64,000 nt of DNA, taken from the NCBI GenBank assembly GCA_964016885.1, contig OZ024745.1:15314001-15378000 (forward strand). Direction: 5' to 3'. The notes below the pieces were generated by a model, which saw only the letters and a program-made list of their open reading frames with translations, made no database searches and was not told where the DNA came from. Shown piece by piece: positions 12,730 through 25,420 of this stretch (the first letter of the stretch is position 1; each line of letters begins with the position of its first letter). Made by a program: the position numbers and the translations under genes. The DNA is from Eledone cirrhosa. Its lineage: Eukaryota.

Positions 12730-12876
12730 GCATTACTGGTACTTTATTTTATCGACTCCGCAAGGATGAAAGGCAAAGTTAACCTCGGCGGGATTAGAAT
12801 TCAGATCATACAGGGAGGTAACTCTATGCTATAAAGCATGGCGTCCAACCCTCTACCGATACTGCCAATTCACCAT
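12730..12876 (-). mobile_element. SINE family A
   Basis: Reverse complement of the family A core (ACTGGTACTTTATTTTATCGAC...GGATGAAAGGCAAAG). Confidence 0.85.
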
Positions 12877-13626
12877 AATAGTGAGAGATGGGGAGAGCGA
12901 GAGAGACAAAGGTAGTGAGTGAAAGAGAATATCAACACACACACAGGCTTGATAAGACGACCCTATTTATGAGAGTGTGAAATATAAACTGAACACTCGA
13001 AAAATCGATGAACGTTTTCCAATGTTGCTAAACTTTAGATGAGAAAGTAGAGCATTATTTAGTATGGAATAAAGTACCAGTAATGCACTGGTTAATTGCT
13101 GGCCTTGTGCCAATAGTAGAAACAATTATTTAGTATGGAATAGTTTCCAGATTTACACATGACAGTCATCATCCTTGAAGCCAAATAACATGTTACAGAC
13201 TTACGGGGATCGTCATTTGCCATCACCACTGAACATAAAATATTTTATACCAATAATTCTTGACACCTCATTATTGACGTCAGGGGAGTTCAAAAAGGAA
13301 CTTACCTCCGACAGATACACATATACTGATACAGAAACTCATGCATGCACACATACACACATACACACTCACACACAAAATACACAAATATGAATATGTA
13401 TATATATATATACACACACATATATATATGACAGAGTTGTGTATATATATGCATATGTGCGTATGTGTGTGTGTGTGTGTGTGTGATGTTTGTGTGTAAG
13501 TATGAGTATATTCAGTTATGTATATACAAATATATGACGTATATATATACACATATATATATATATAATATACATACCGTCTAAACCCATGCGAGCGTGG
13601 AAGATAGACGTTAAGCGTTGATGATG

Positions 13627-13663
<37 letters not shown>

Positions 13664-13872
13664 TCATATATTTGTATATACATAACTGAATATACACATA
13701 CTAAAACACAAACATCAGACATACCACACAGACACACACAGACACACACACATATATCTGTATATATATATACATCTGTCATATATATGTGTGTATATAT
13801 ATATACATACATACATATTCATGTTTATGTATTGTGTGTGTATGTATATATATATATATATATATATAATAC

Positions 13873-13922
<50 letters not shown>

Positions 13923-15894
13923 TACATATATATATATACATATATATACATATTTACCGTCATTTCTATAATACGAAGAGGGTGTTTAACTCCAACACGC
14001 TCCAGTATTTTAACCCTTATACATATATATATATATATTTATATATATATATAATATCTGTGTGTGTGTGTGTGTATACATGAAATATAGAGAAATTCTC
14101 ACCTAAGTTTCATCTTGTTAAAATTTTCTTCTAAAGAACTCGTAAAGTTGTCAGGTGCAAGCCATATATTCAGTACTTATACAGAAATATAATACTTTTT
14201 AAAATTTGGTGTGATCTTCATCAAAAGAAATCTTTAAGTGGCGCAGAAAAGATTTAAAATAATCTTTTTGTTAATATTTTATGTTAAAATATTTAGCATC
14301 GAAACAAAAAAAGACTAGGAGGTTTTATTTATACATGGAACATATTTAAACTTTATTTATGAATGGCAAAAAGAAAAGAATATATATTTAAAAAATGGAA
14401 AGAGTAAAGAGAGAAGTGGGGAGGGGGAACGTTTCACTTTTGGTTAGATTATGTAGAAAATCCTTATTTTAAACAACATAACTGTAGAACAATTATTTTA
14501 AAGAGAATACTTCAGAAATATAAAGATAGACTAATATTAGTACTTTATATACTTTAAAAGAACATGTGATACAGCTTCTTCAAAACACTGGCGAAGAATA
14601 GCGAGTTGTCAGAATCGAAATAAATGAAAATAAATGTATCCTGTTTAGAGTGTTCTTCTTTCATTTACTTTTTAGTCAGGGAAGGAAAAGCAAGTCCCAT
14701 AAAACTGACCCAACCCACCAAAACGATGGCGAGAGAACAAAGAACATATCTTCAAACTGAAGGTCAGGTCTGAAGGTTTGTAACAGGGTGGGCTCTATTA
14801 AGAGTACCCAGGGGACGGAATGTAGTGTTACACCGGACGACGTATCTACCACCCAAGTAGACTATACCACCCAAGTAGACTATAGCGAGATTTGGCTGAA
14901 GAGACAAAATATGTACTGCAAACTAACTAGTCCGAAACCTTAACAATTTTGTCAATCCACCGCTCTGGACTTGTACTATTTTATCGACCATGAACGGATC
15001 ACAAGCAAAGTTGACCTCGGCTGAATTTGTTCTCAGAACGCAGAATGCCGAAACATATATGCTCTAACGACTCTGCCAAATCATTCCTTTATAGTTAGAA
15101 ATATATATTTCCTTTTGTCATAACAGTCATGTTCTGGTGCTGATTCAATCGTATATATGGTTTCCAAACTACTTTCTGGAGTTGTGCCAATGAAACAAAT
15201 CAATATTTACCGTATCCCATCTTTTACGACCTCACGACGACATAGCTACGCACGAATGAAAACTATCACAGTATACATTCAATTGATCTATAAACTGCAC
15301 TTTGTTTCACTGAAATATATTGCTGTAACAGTAGATTACTTGAAATTCTTGAAATCAGAGCATTTACTAGAAATAAGTTTGATCCAAATGCATGCTGAGA
15401 ACTTCTAAGTGCCTGTGTCGAATGATACGTAAATTAGTTAATGCATTCTTTCAAAAGATCCGTGGTTGCAACTAGACGTTATTATTCTCAGTTCAAAGAC
15501 TGGTCTATCTTATTGCTGTCAAATTAATCAAAAATCATAAAACTTGAAATGCACACGTCAAGTAGGTTTTATGTGAATAACGTATTGAATAACTACATTG
15601 CTATTTCACTTCTAAGTATTCTTTATGATTGAAGCACATTTTTCTAGAATAAATGATTCAGTGCCATTATATAATGGTAATGATGAAAGGGCTAACATCC
15701 ATTTTCTGTGTTTTATGTCTAGCTTTCTAAACAAAAGATTTCAGATCTAAATATTTAAACCACATTTAAATCCAAAATCTCATTATTTAATCCTTATCGC
15801 CAAAATCTAATCAATGGTTGGCTTGTAGCAATTTATTTAAGTATTTGACCTCACTCATACTATAGTGACTAACAGACAATAGAACATACATAAT

Positions 15895-16215
15895 GTGAAT
15901 TGGTAGACTCATTAGATCGTCGGATAAAATGATTTGCAGTATTTGTTTTGGCTCTCTACTCTCTGAGTTCAAATCCCGCTGAGGTTAACTTTTCCTTTCG
16001 TACATTCACGATCAATGAAAACAGTACCAGTCAAGTACTTGGGTCGATTCTTCCTCTACATCTCTTTCTCACTTTCATTCTCTCCCTCTCTCTAATATTC
16101 TGTGAAAGAAGTCTACTGCATTCATACCTGGAGAGGAGATGGGCTCCGCCAGGTGTAAAGAATGTCCTGGAAACACCGTATGTCAATATGGCACCCCTGC
16201 GACTCAGAGTTATGG
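15895..16215 (+). mobile_element. SINE family A head with alternative tail (also 59650-59885 minus and 61990-62320 plus)
   Basis: GAGTTCAAATCCCGCTGAGG head followed by tail GAAACACCGTATGTCAATA..G..CCCT.CGACTC shared with the other two copies. Confidence 0.7.
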
Positions 16216-16614
16216 CACCATACATAAATACTGTAGTGACTAACAGACATGGTATAATAGAATATTAATAAGGCAAATTGGTAGACTCGTTAGAACGCAG
16301 GACACAATGCCTGGTGGTATTTATAACGTACACTCTGTACTGTAAGGTCAATCCTTCCATGATTAGCTTTGCTTTTTATCCATTAAAAGTCGATAGCTAC
16401 CTGCACGTTAATTTCACGAGCAGGCTGTTCCATTGATCGTATCAGTTGGAACACTAGTCATCGTAACCGACGGAGTGCCGCTACTACTTACTACTATGTT
16501 GATCGAGTCCATTTATCCCTCGTCAATGTTTTATGATATTACAGTATATTTGTACTATGTTCAGTCACAATGGTGAAGTCAGTATACATTATTTGTGGCA
16601 TTATAGTTAAACCA

Positions 16615-16795
16615 CTTGGCAATATCGGTAGAGAGTCGGACGCCATGCTTTCCAGCATAGTTACGTCCCTTTACGATCTGAGTTCAAATCCCGCCGAGGT
16701 TGACTTTGCCTTTCATCCTTACGGAGTCGATAAAATAAGGTACCAGTAATGCACTGGCTAATTGCTGGCCTTGTGCCTAAAGTAGAAACAATTAT
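16615..16795 (+). mobile_element. SINE family A with target-site duplication
   Basis: Family A core, flanked by the direct repeat ATTATAGTTAAA(A)CCAC. Confidence 0.85.
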
Positions 16796-16947
16796 AGTTA
16801 AACCACATCTTTGCAGATTACTATCATTTCAACACTTCTTATTTTTATTTTTTATTCTTTTCTTTACTTTGATAAAGGTTTTAACCCGAAACGTCACATC
16901 TCTTCTTGTTCTATTCCTCTGTATACACACCATTTATATTTTTGTGT

Positions 16948-17300
16948 AGGCTGAAAGGTTCATAGCCTGATCAAGATACTCTCAGGGAATGACCAAATAA
17001 GGTTTATTTTTCAACAAACCCCTGGAGAAAAACGATGCAGTTATTAGTAAAAAGAGATGGAATTAACACATGCCCGATTTCATAGCTCTAGCATCACTCC
17101 CTCATATACTGAAAAGTTCATGGCCTAACCAAGATACTCTCATGGAATGACCAAACGATGTGTATTTTTCAGCATACTCCCTGGAAGAAAACAATGCTGT
17201 TATTAATAACATGAGTTGAAATTAATACATGCAAGATTTCACAGCTGTAGCATCATTCCTTCATCGTCAGCTTATTAACTTTACAGCCGAGCCTCTTGTA
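16948..17300. mobile_element. Two tandem mariner-type MITE units
   Basis: Two ~160-bp units starting CTGAAAG/AGTTCAT; interior is the reverse complement of the MITE at 36795. Confidence 0.65.
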
Positions 17301-18058
17301 TATATTTTGTGAAGCACGCGTCTTCTCTTTTCAATATTTTCTCTTTTTATTTTCTTTGTTTTAAACTCTCAAGTTAAACCTGATGAAACATGTCATCGTT
17401 ACAGTTTGAAGCCACCCAATGAGATAGAAATATTTGCGTGTATATTTCTTTAAAATAGATTATATTTTTAAATTTAATTCTATTCATGAGTATGATACCC
17501 AGCTTCTTATATACCCTTTAAATGCATAGAAATCCCTTTTATTTTCGTCAGGGTCTTTTTTATACACATATGAAACATTCATATTTTCATGAGATCTTTC
17601 GCATAATCTTAATTGGATATTTTCTGAAATACATATCTTCAATATTTGAAAATATATATTTTATAATCTCATCTTATTTCAATCCGGAATTCTCGCTAGA
17701 TAATTTTTTTCGTAGGGCTATTTCTTATTTTCGATAATTTTTCTATCTTTAACAGTTCTCAATGCAGTTTCTATGAACTTCTTCAATCACGTATTCTGCC
17801 AAATTATTCAATAATTTACAAAGTTTGAAATGAAATGGAAGTAGGTGGACCCGAAAATAGAAAATCATCAAATTTCTATTACACTTTTTCATTTTCTTGT
17901 TATGTTTCTTATCACATTGCCTCTGACAGGCTTTCCCCCTCTCTCTCACACACTTTCTCTCTTCCAAACGCTCATCTCATTCTCTCTCACTTACCCTCTC
18001 TAAGTGTCTCTACGTTGTCACACAAGAATTGGATACGTGGAAGCCACCTGTATATGTT

Positions 18059-18121
<63 letters not shown>

Positions 18122-18123
<2 letters not shown>

Positions 18124-18245
18124 GAAAAGAGTTAGGGCCCCGACGGCTGAATTCGGCCGTTTCGGCAGCTAGATCCGAACTGAGTTCGGATCTAGCTGTC
18201 GAAACGGCCCCGGACCGCAGCCGTCGGAGTCCTGAACATTTTCCT
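18122..18245. repeat. ~124-bp GC-rich near-perfect palindrome containing 3' halves of an HHR
   Basis: AGGAAAA...CCGACGGCTG...GGCCGTTTCGGCAGCTAGATCCGAACT-G-AGTTCGGATCTAGCTGTCGAAACGGCC...CAGCCGTCGG...TTTTCCT. Confidence 0.9.
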
Positions 18246-18327
18246 ATTACCCACTCTACTACCCTAAGTATCGAGTACTCTGGTGCGTTATGGTCCACCT
18301 GGTATCTTACCACACCTTGTTTGTTGT

Positions 18328-18358
<31 letters not shown>

Positions 18359-18359
18359 A

Positions 18360-18655
<296 letters not shown>

Positions 18656-18940
18656 TGTGTGTGTGTGTGTATCTATATACGGTGTGCGTATTTAAAATAT
18701 ATATATATATAAGATTTTAATAACAAATAAATATAAAAAGTGTAGAATGGAATAACCATAAGTACTATCTATAGCATGGCCTTAGGTAGGCGACAGTGAT
18801 GTGGTTATAATGGCAAGACGTTTGTGGAATCATCCATAATTGTTTTATCCCGCATATAACAAGCTGGTGGAAATTATACCACACACATACAGAACGATAA
18901 AACCCTCAGACGTTTCTTTTAAGAGTTATCCAACTAATGT

Positions 18941-19260
18941 GAAGGCGCATGGCTTTGTGGTTAGGTTATTCGACTCACGGTCGTAAAGTCGTGAGTTCGA
19001 TTCCCGTCGCCACTCTGTGTCCCTGAACAAGACATTTTATTTTACGTTATTCCAGTCCACTCAGATGGCAATGAGTTGTACATGTAATTCAAAAGGTTAG
19101 CCTTGTGACATTCTGTGTCATGCTGAATCTCCCTGAAAACTACGTTAATATTCCGGTACTTGTGAAATGCTCAGCTACTGGCATGTTAATTTCACAAGCA
19201 GGCTATTCCTTGATCGTATCAACAGGAATACTCATCGTCGTAACCGACGGAGTGCCGCTA
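18941..19260 (+). mobile_element. tRNA-derived SINE (family B)
   Basis: A-box-like TGGCTTTGTGGTTAGG and B-box GAGTTCGATTCCC, then GTGTCCCTGAACAAGACA. Homologous to 58050-58195 and 59100-59336. Confidence 0.8.
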
Positions 19261-19407
19261 CATTTACATATTTTTGGGGGAGAATAGGCAGACTCGTTAA
19301 AACATGGAATAGAGTGCTTTTCAATACATGTTCCGTCTCACTGCTCTCTCAATTCTTGTTTAGATGGTGTAGGACAGAACAAAGGAGAGACTCAAAATAA
19401 TAAATTA

Positions 19408-19450
19408 GTCACTGAAGAGGTCACAGAATGTGTGACGAAAGAGCTTTGAC
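19408..19450 (+). ncRNA. Type I hammerhead ribozyme (intact)
   Basis: GTCA-CTGAAGA-G-GTCAC agaatgt GTGAC-GAAA-GAGC-TT-TGAC; palindromic AGCT in stem III. Same family as the 33855-34454 palindrome. Confidence 0.8.
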
Positions 19451-19517
19451 AATAAATAACTACCAATTGGAAATTTGTAATAATTGATAAATTGAAGTGA
19501 AAACCAAGGGGTGTGTG

Positions 19518-19564
<47 letters not shown>

Positions 19565-19567
<3 letters not shown>

Positions 19568-20009
19568 AGTATGTATGTATACGTACATACATATATGTAT
19601 ACAGACGTACAGTAGCATGTATATATATACATACAGGCACACATATATATATGCACGTATCAGTTTACCGAACATTTATTATAATGCTCGGTTTGTTCGT
19701 TTGTAAACAAACAAACAGCCTGAATTACGCCGTACAGTGTTTAGGCAACCACGTCACCTTTTTGTTCAACACTGACACAGGAACGATGTACTAGTTTCAA
19801 GCTTATTAGTTATCGTCAGCACCGTATACCTTTCTGCCAGATGGTTGAACGTCCGAAAGTATATACTTTCCTTATGAAAATTAACGGCTGAGCAGCCTAA
19901 TTTGCATATCGAGTGAGTTCAGTCGGCCAGGCGCACCGAAAACGATAAATGGAATAGAATGAAGTAAATGCCGTACCGTGAGAAATGAAATTTCGTTTCA
20001 TTCTATTCC

Positions 20010-20013
<4 letters not shown>
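19565..20013 (-). mobile_element. Diverged copy of the ~420-nt non-coding HHR unit (retrozyme-like), HHR at 19783-19825
   Basis: Colinear with 55413-56235. Minus strand ACGGTG-CTGACGA-T-AAC taataa GCT-T-GAAA-CTAG-TA-CATCGT. Short inverted segment at 19960-20013; (TA)n on both sides. Confidence 0.85.
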
Positions 20014-20052
<39 letters not shown>

Positions 20053-20101
20053 AATAAGATAACAAGGACGATTGGTTACTCCTTCATTACGTTTATTGGT
20101 T

Positions 20102-20186
20102 GGTGACGCGCGTTTCACCACTGATCAGCTCAAGGTTCGATCTCTATCGAGCTGACCCGACTCTGAAATCCGCGGCTCGTCAGACC
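20102..20186 (-). ncRNA. Type I hammerhead ribozyme with long stem II insertion
   Basis: GGT-CTGACGA-G-CCGC[~50 nt including TCAGCTC/GAGCTGA hairpin]GTGG-T-GAAA-CGCGCG-TC-ACC; GUC cleavage triplet and palindromic stem III. Confidence 0.75.
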
Positions 20187-20674
20187 CCTTGTAATGTTAA
20201 TGGGACTATGAATACATGCTGTATGATAAAGTCAGAAGTTCCTATGGTGGTCATTAAAGTTTGTTTTGATTGGTGGATTAATTCATAGGGATGTTTTTGC
20301 CTGTAGTGTATGTGGGGGGAGGGTGATAAGTTGGTGGTGTCGGTCGCAGGTTGAAGTGGGCGGTGGTGTAGGGGTGCTGGTTGTCGGTAAACAGTTTGGC
20401 ATGTAGATGTGGCTGATTTTTGTGTGGTGTTGTTGTTTGTGATAAAGATGAAAGGTGGCGGTGTTTATGGTGGTGTGATGATTGTGTTCGTGGTTTCATT
20501 TCCATAAGGAGATACATACATAGACACACTAAGTCTGACAAATACGTTGTATACATATACATGTGTATTTCACTATAATATACTCTGTCTAGCTCTACAC
20601 CGCGACACTGAAATGAACCTAAACATCGAGTGCTCACCCGGGTGAATCTACAGTAACTCCAAGTTACATTCCCT

Positions 20675-20742
<68 letters not shown>

Positions 20743-20841
20743 CATTTCTCTTGTTTCTGCAACCAAACACACACACACATATACTGTGCCGTTTGCTTCG
20801 TTATTTTGTTATTTCTGTTTAACGCTTACCTGCATATATAC

Positions 20842-20910
<69 letters not shown>

Positions 20911-20915
<5 letters not shown>

Positions 20916-21905
20916 GAATAATCGAGTATCGGAAAATCGGCTCAAGAGTTTACGATAAACAAATTCGACATGAGTGGCAGAGGGCTCAATAATTCAGATA
21001 AATCATAGCTATAACTATCGTTAAAATACCAACACACAAAGATTATGTCTAAAATCACCCATGCGACCGAAAAATTACGATCAGGAAGATTCGGGTCACT
21101 CAGATAAAATATCAATAAATCAATAAATCATATGAATGTAAAAAGCTTACCCGGACCCACTAGAAAGATGGTAAATCTAGCTTCTTGGGTTTCTGTAATT
21201 CCTTAATCCGCCCCCTATCAGCCCACATAAAAATATAAAAGACTTCTAGAGAGCGGCGGACCGGAATACTTTATCAACGGGCCTTGTCCAAACGAATAAA
21301 AAAGCTAACCCTAGCTGAGACGCACATGGTGTCCAGCAAGGGAGATAACCTCTATATCCACGAAAGATATTCGGTAATGTGGGAAATCACATATCGAATA
21401 AGAGTGCTCAATAGACATGTTAAAATAAACAGGAGCTATTCATCATTTAATAGAATCGACAAAAAATGAACAATAAAATTAACTGGTCAATAGCTAAGTC
21501 TAGAGCTAAATATAGTAGAATAATCGAGTATCGGAAAATCGGCTCACGAGTTCACGATAAACAAATTCGACATGAGTGGCAGAGGGCTCAATAATTCAGA
21601 TAAATCAGAGCTATAACTATCGTTAAAATACCAACACACAAAGATTATGTCTAAAATCACCCATGCGACCGAAAGATTACGATCAGGAAGATCCGGGTCA
21701 CTCAGCTAAAATATCAATAAATCAATAAATCATATGAAGGTAAAAAGCTTACCCGGACCCACTAGAAAGATGGTAAATCTAGCTTCTTGGGTTTCTGTAA
21801 TTCCTTAATCCGCCCCCTATCAGCCCACATAAAAATATATAAGATTTCTAGAGAGCGGCGGACCGGAATACTTTATCAACAGGCCTTGTCCAAACGAATA
21901 AAAAA
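20911..21905. repeat. Direct repeat of ~392 bp (20911-21303 and 21513-21905) downstream of a minus-strand HHR
   Basis: TAGTAGAATAATCGAGTATCGG...GTCCAAACGAATAAAAA occurs twice with only a handful of substitutions. Confidence 0.9.
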
Positions 21906-21925
21906 TATAGTTTTAATATAGATGA

Positions 21926-21974
21926 CATTCTACAGGACTAGAACTGTTTCATTCTTTAGAAATCATCAGGAATC
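21926..21974 (-). ncRNA. Type I hammerhead ribozyme
   Basis: ATTC-CTGATGA-T-TTCT aa AGAA-T-GAAA-CAG ttctagtc CTG-TA-GAAT. Confidence 0.75.
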
Positions 21975-22149
21975 TGGGTATCAAAAAATAAGTATAGTAT
22001 TTATAGGTCTCTACAAGTGGTAGGAGAGGGTGGGGAGTGGGATGGGTGTAGGTCATAGGTTGATAGAAAAGGGAATTCATTAAAAGCTAATTCTACAAAG
22101 CTATAGTTTATTTTTATTTTTTATTTTTGTTTTTAGAGTAACAAAGGCA

Positions 22150-22222
22150 TGTATATAATGTGCGTGTATATGTCTATATGTGTATGTGTATATATGTATA
22201 TGTGTGTGTATGTATATGTGTA

Positions 22223-22269
<47 letters not shown>

Positions 22270-22323
22270 ATATATATATATGTATGTATATGTGTATGTA
22301 TGCGTATGTATGTATGTGTATAC

Positions 22324-22355
<32 letters not shown>

Positions 22356-22448
22356 ATGTGTGTATATATGTGTATATGTATATATATGTATATATGTGTG
22401 TGTATGTGTGTGTATGTGTGTGTGTGTATATGTGTGTATATATGTATA

Positions 22449-22499
<51 letters not shown>

Positions 22500-22575
22500 A
22501 TGTATGTGTGTGTGTGTGTGTGTATGTATGTGTGTATATATATGTGTGTATATATGTATGTGTGTATGTGTATAT

Positions 22576-22653
<78 letters not shown>

Positions 22654-22723
22654 TTATATGTATATATATGTGTGTATATGTATACATGTGTGTATATGTG
22701 TATATGTAGGTGTATGTATGTAC

Positions 22724-22813
<90 letters not shown>

Positions 22814-23041
22814 ATATTTATTTATTTTTGTATACGTATGTGTGTTTTGTGTGTACGTATGTATCTGTATATTCGTGTGTATGTGTATATATGTATATGT
22901 GTAAATATATATATATATATATATATATGTATATGTATGTGTATGTGTGTGTATATATATGTGTGTATGTGTGTTTATTTATGTATATATATGTGTGTGT
23001 ATATGTATGTATATATGCATATATATGTGTATATATGTGTA

Positions 23042-23094
<53 letters not shown>

Positions 23095-23125
23095 GTATGT
23101 ATATGTATATGTACGTATATATGTG

Positions 23126-23158
<33 letters not shown>

Positions 23159-23255
23159 GTGTGTGTGTGCGTGTGTATATATATATATATGTGTGTGAGT
23201 GTGTATATATATGTATGTATGTGTATGTGTGTATGTATATATATATGTATATGTA

Positions 23256-23298
<43 letters not shown>

Positions 23299-23324
23299 AT
23301 GTATATATACATGTATGTGTGTGT

Positions 23325-23386
<62 letters not shown>

Positions 23387-23403
23387 ATGTAAATGTGTGT
23401 GTG

Positions 23404-23440
<37 letters not shown>

Positions 23441-23563
23441 ATGTATATGTATATATATGTGTATATATATGTATATATATATATGTATATATAATGTATA
23501 TATATATGTATATATAATGTATATATAAAATGTATATATATGTATATATATATATATATATAT
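22150..23563. repeat. 1.4-kb compound (TA)n/(TG)n microsatellite field
   Basis: Direct reading. Confidence 0.95.
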
Positions 23564-23921
23564 AAATGAAGTAATTCCATCGGAAAAGTCCAGGAAAAAA
23601 GAGTGCTCTATGTATGCAACAGAGCTTAATTATTATTATTATGTAATAAACAACATAAGGCAATTATTCCATTTACCAGTGGTTTCTTAAAAGCAAAAGG
23701 TTTTGCTTTCAATCCTCAGAATGAAAAATCCTGGTTTGTTTATTGAATATGGATTCTAAAAACAAAAATGCAATCTATATGAAAGTGAGGCTGGAAAAGG
23801 GAGAAGGAAAGGAAAAATAAAATAAAACTACACATGCAAACACACACAAAAAAACACAAAAGCATACTTACACACACACACATATATACACATATAATTG
23901 CACGCATACACATATACATAT

Positions 23922-23972
<51 letters not shown>

Positions 23973-24034
23973 AAGAGCGTACACCTACACACACATACAC
24001 ATATATACACACATATACACATACATATATTCAT

Positions 24035-24085
<51 letters not shown>

Positions 24086-24459
24086 CACATACACACACAC
24101 ATATATATACACACACATATACATACATTCACACAAACATACAACGTACATACATACACATACATGAATGCACTCCACTACATAATAACACACGCAAATA
24201 AATATAAGAAAAAATATATATAATATTAACAAATTTTTGACAGCGATACATGCCCCAGCTAACAGGACAGACACGCGTGGTAAGTAATACACACATAAGC
24301 ACATATACATACGTTCGAAATAGTAAACACATACACACACTCTCACACATAAATATACATATACAAATGCATAAACACGTACATACACATACATACACAT
24401 ACATACACAAACACGTACACGTATACAATATAAACACACACATGTATATGTAATTATAT

Positions 24460-24508
<49 letters not shown>

Positions 24509-25080
24509 CAAAAATATAAAAATATAAACGCACACACACATATAAATACGTAAACACACATATACATACATAGCTAAACAATTATACACATGCAAATACG
24601 TATATATCAAAAGAACGCACAACCAAATACAAACACACACACATATATACACACACACACACCCACACACAAACCCACACATACATAAAAATAAATAAAT
24701 ACACACGCACACATATACATACATACACATACATATACATATATACATATACATATATATATATACACATATATATATATAAATATATATATATATACAC
24801 ACATACACGTACACATACACACATGCATACACATACACACACACATATACATGTGTGTATGTGTAAAGCTCAGTATTAGATAAGACAAATGAACCTTACA
24901 TAAACGTATATATAGTAGTAAAGTAATAAAGCCATACAAGGCAATTAATCCATTCACCAGAGGTTTCTTAAAAGCAAAAAAAGTTTCCTTCAATCTTCAG
25001 AATGAAAAAAAGCCCTGGTTTATCCACATATACATACATATACACACACAAATATACAAATATATACACACATACAGACA

Positions 25081-25130
<50 letters not shown>

Positions 25131-25420
25131 CAGACATATATACATACATATATATACACATACATATATATATACATACATACATACACATATATATACA
25201 TACACAAACATATACGTACACATATACATATATACACACAAAAATACATACACATAGGTATGTGAAGGGCAAAACAAAAAGAATATATGGGGGGGGGGGC
25301 TAAGAGGAGGTAAAAATATAAGGGGAGGTTAGGGAGAAAAAATTTTTAAATATACAAGAGTACAGAAGGTAGAAGCAGCAAAATAAAAACCGTAGCAAAA
25401 GTAAAGAGCAGAGAAGGAGT

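Noticed and set aside
18941-19015. tRNA gene
   Set aside because: A/B boxes are present, but there is no complete cloverleaf and the sequence continues into a dispersed SINE body.
22101-25277. Long ORFs of 200-445 aa rich in Y/I/C/V/H/T (and many similar ones across the window)
   Set aside because: They are translations of (TA)n/(TG)n/(CA)n microsatellites, which lack stop codons in most frames.
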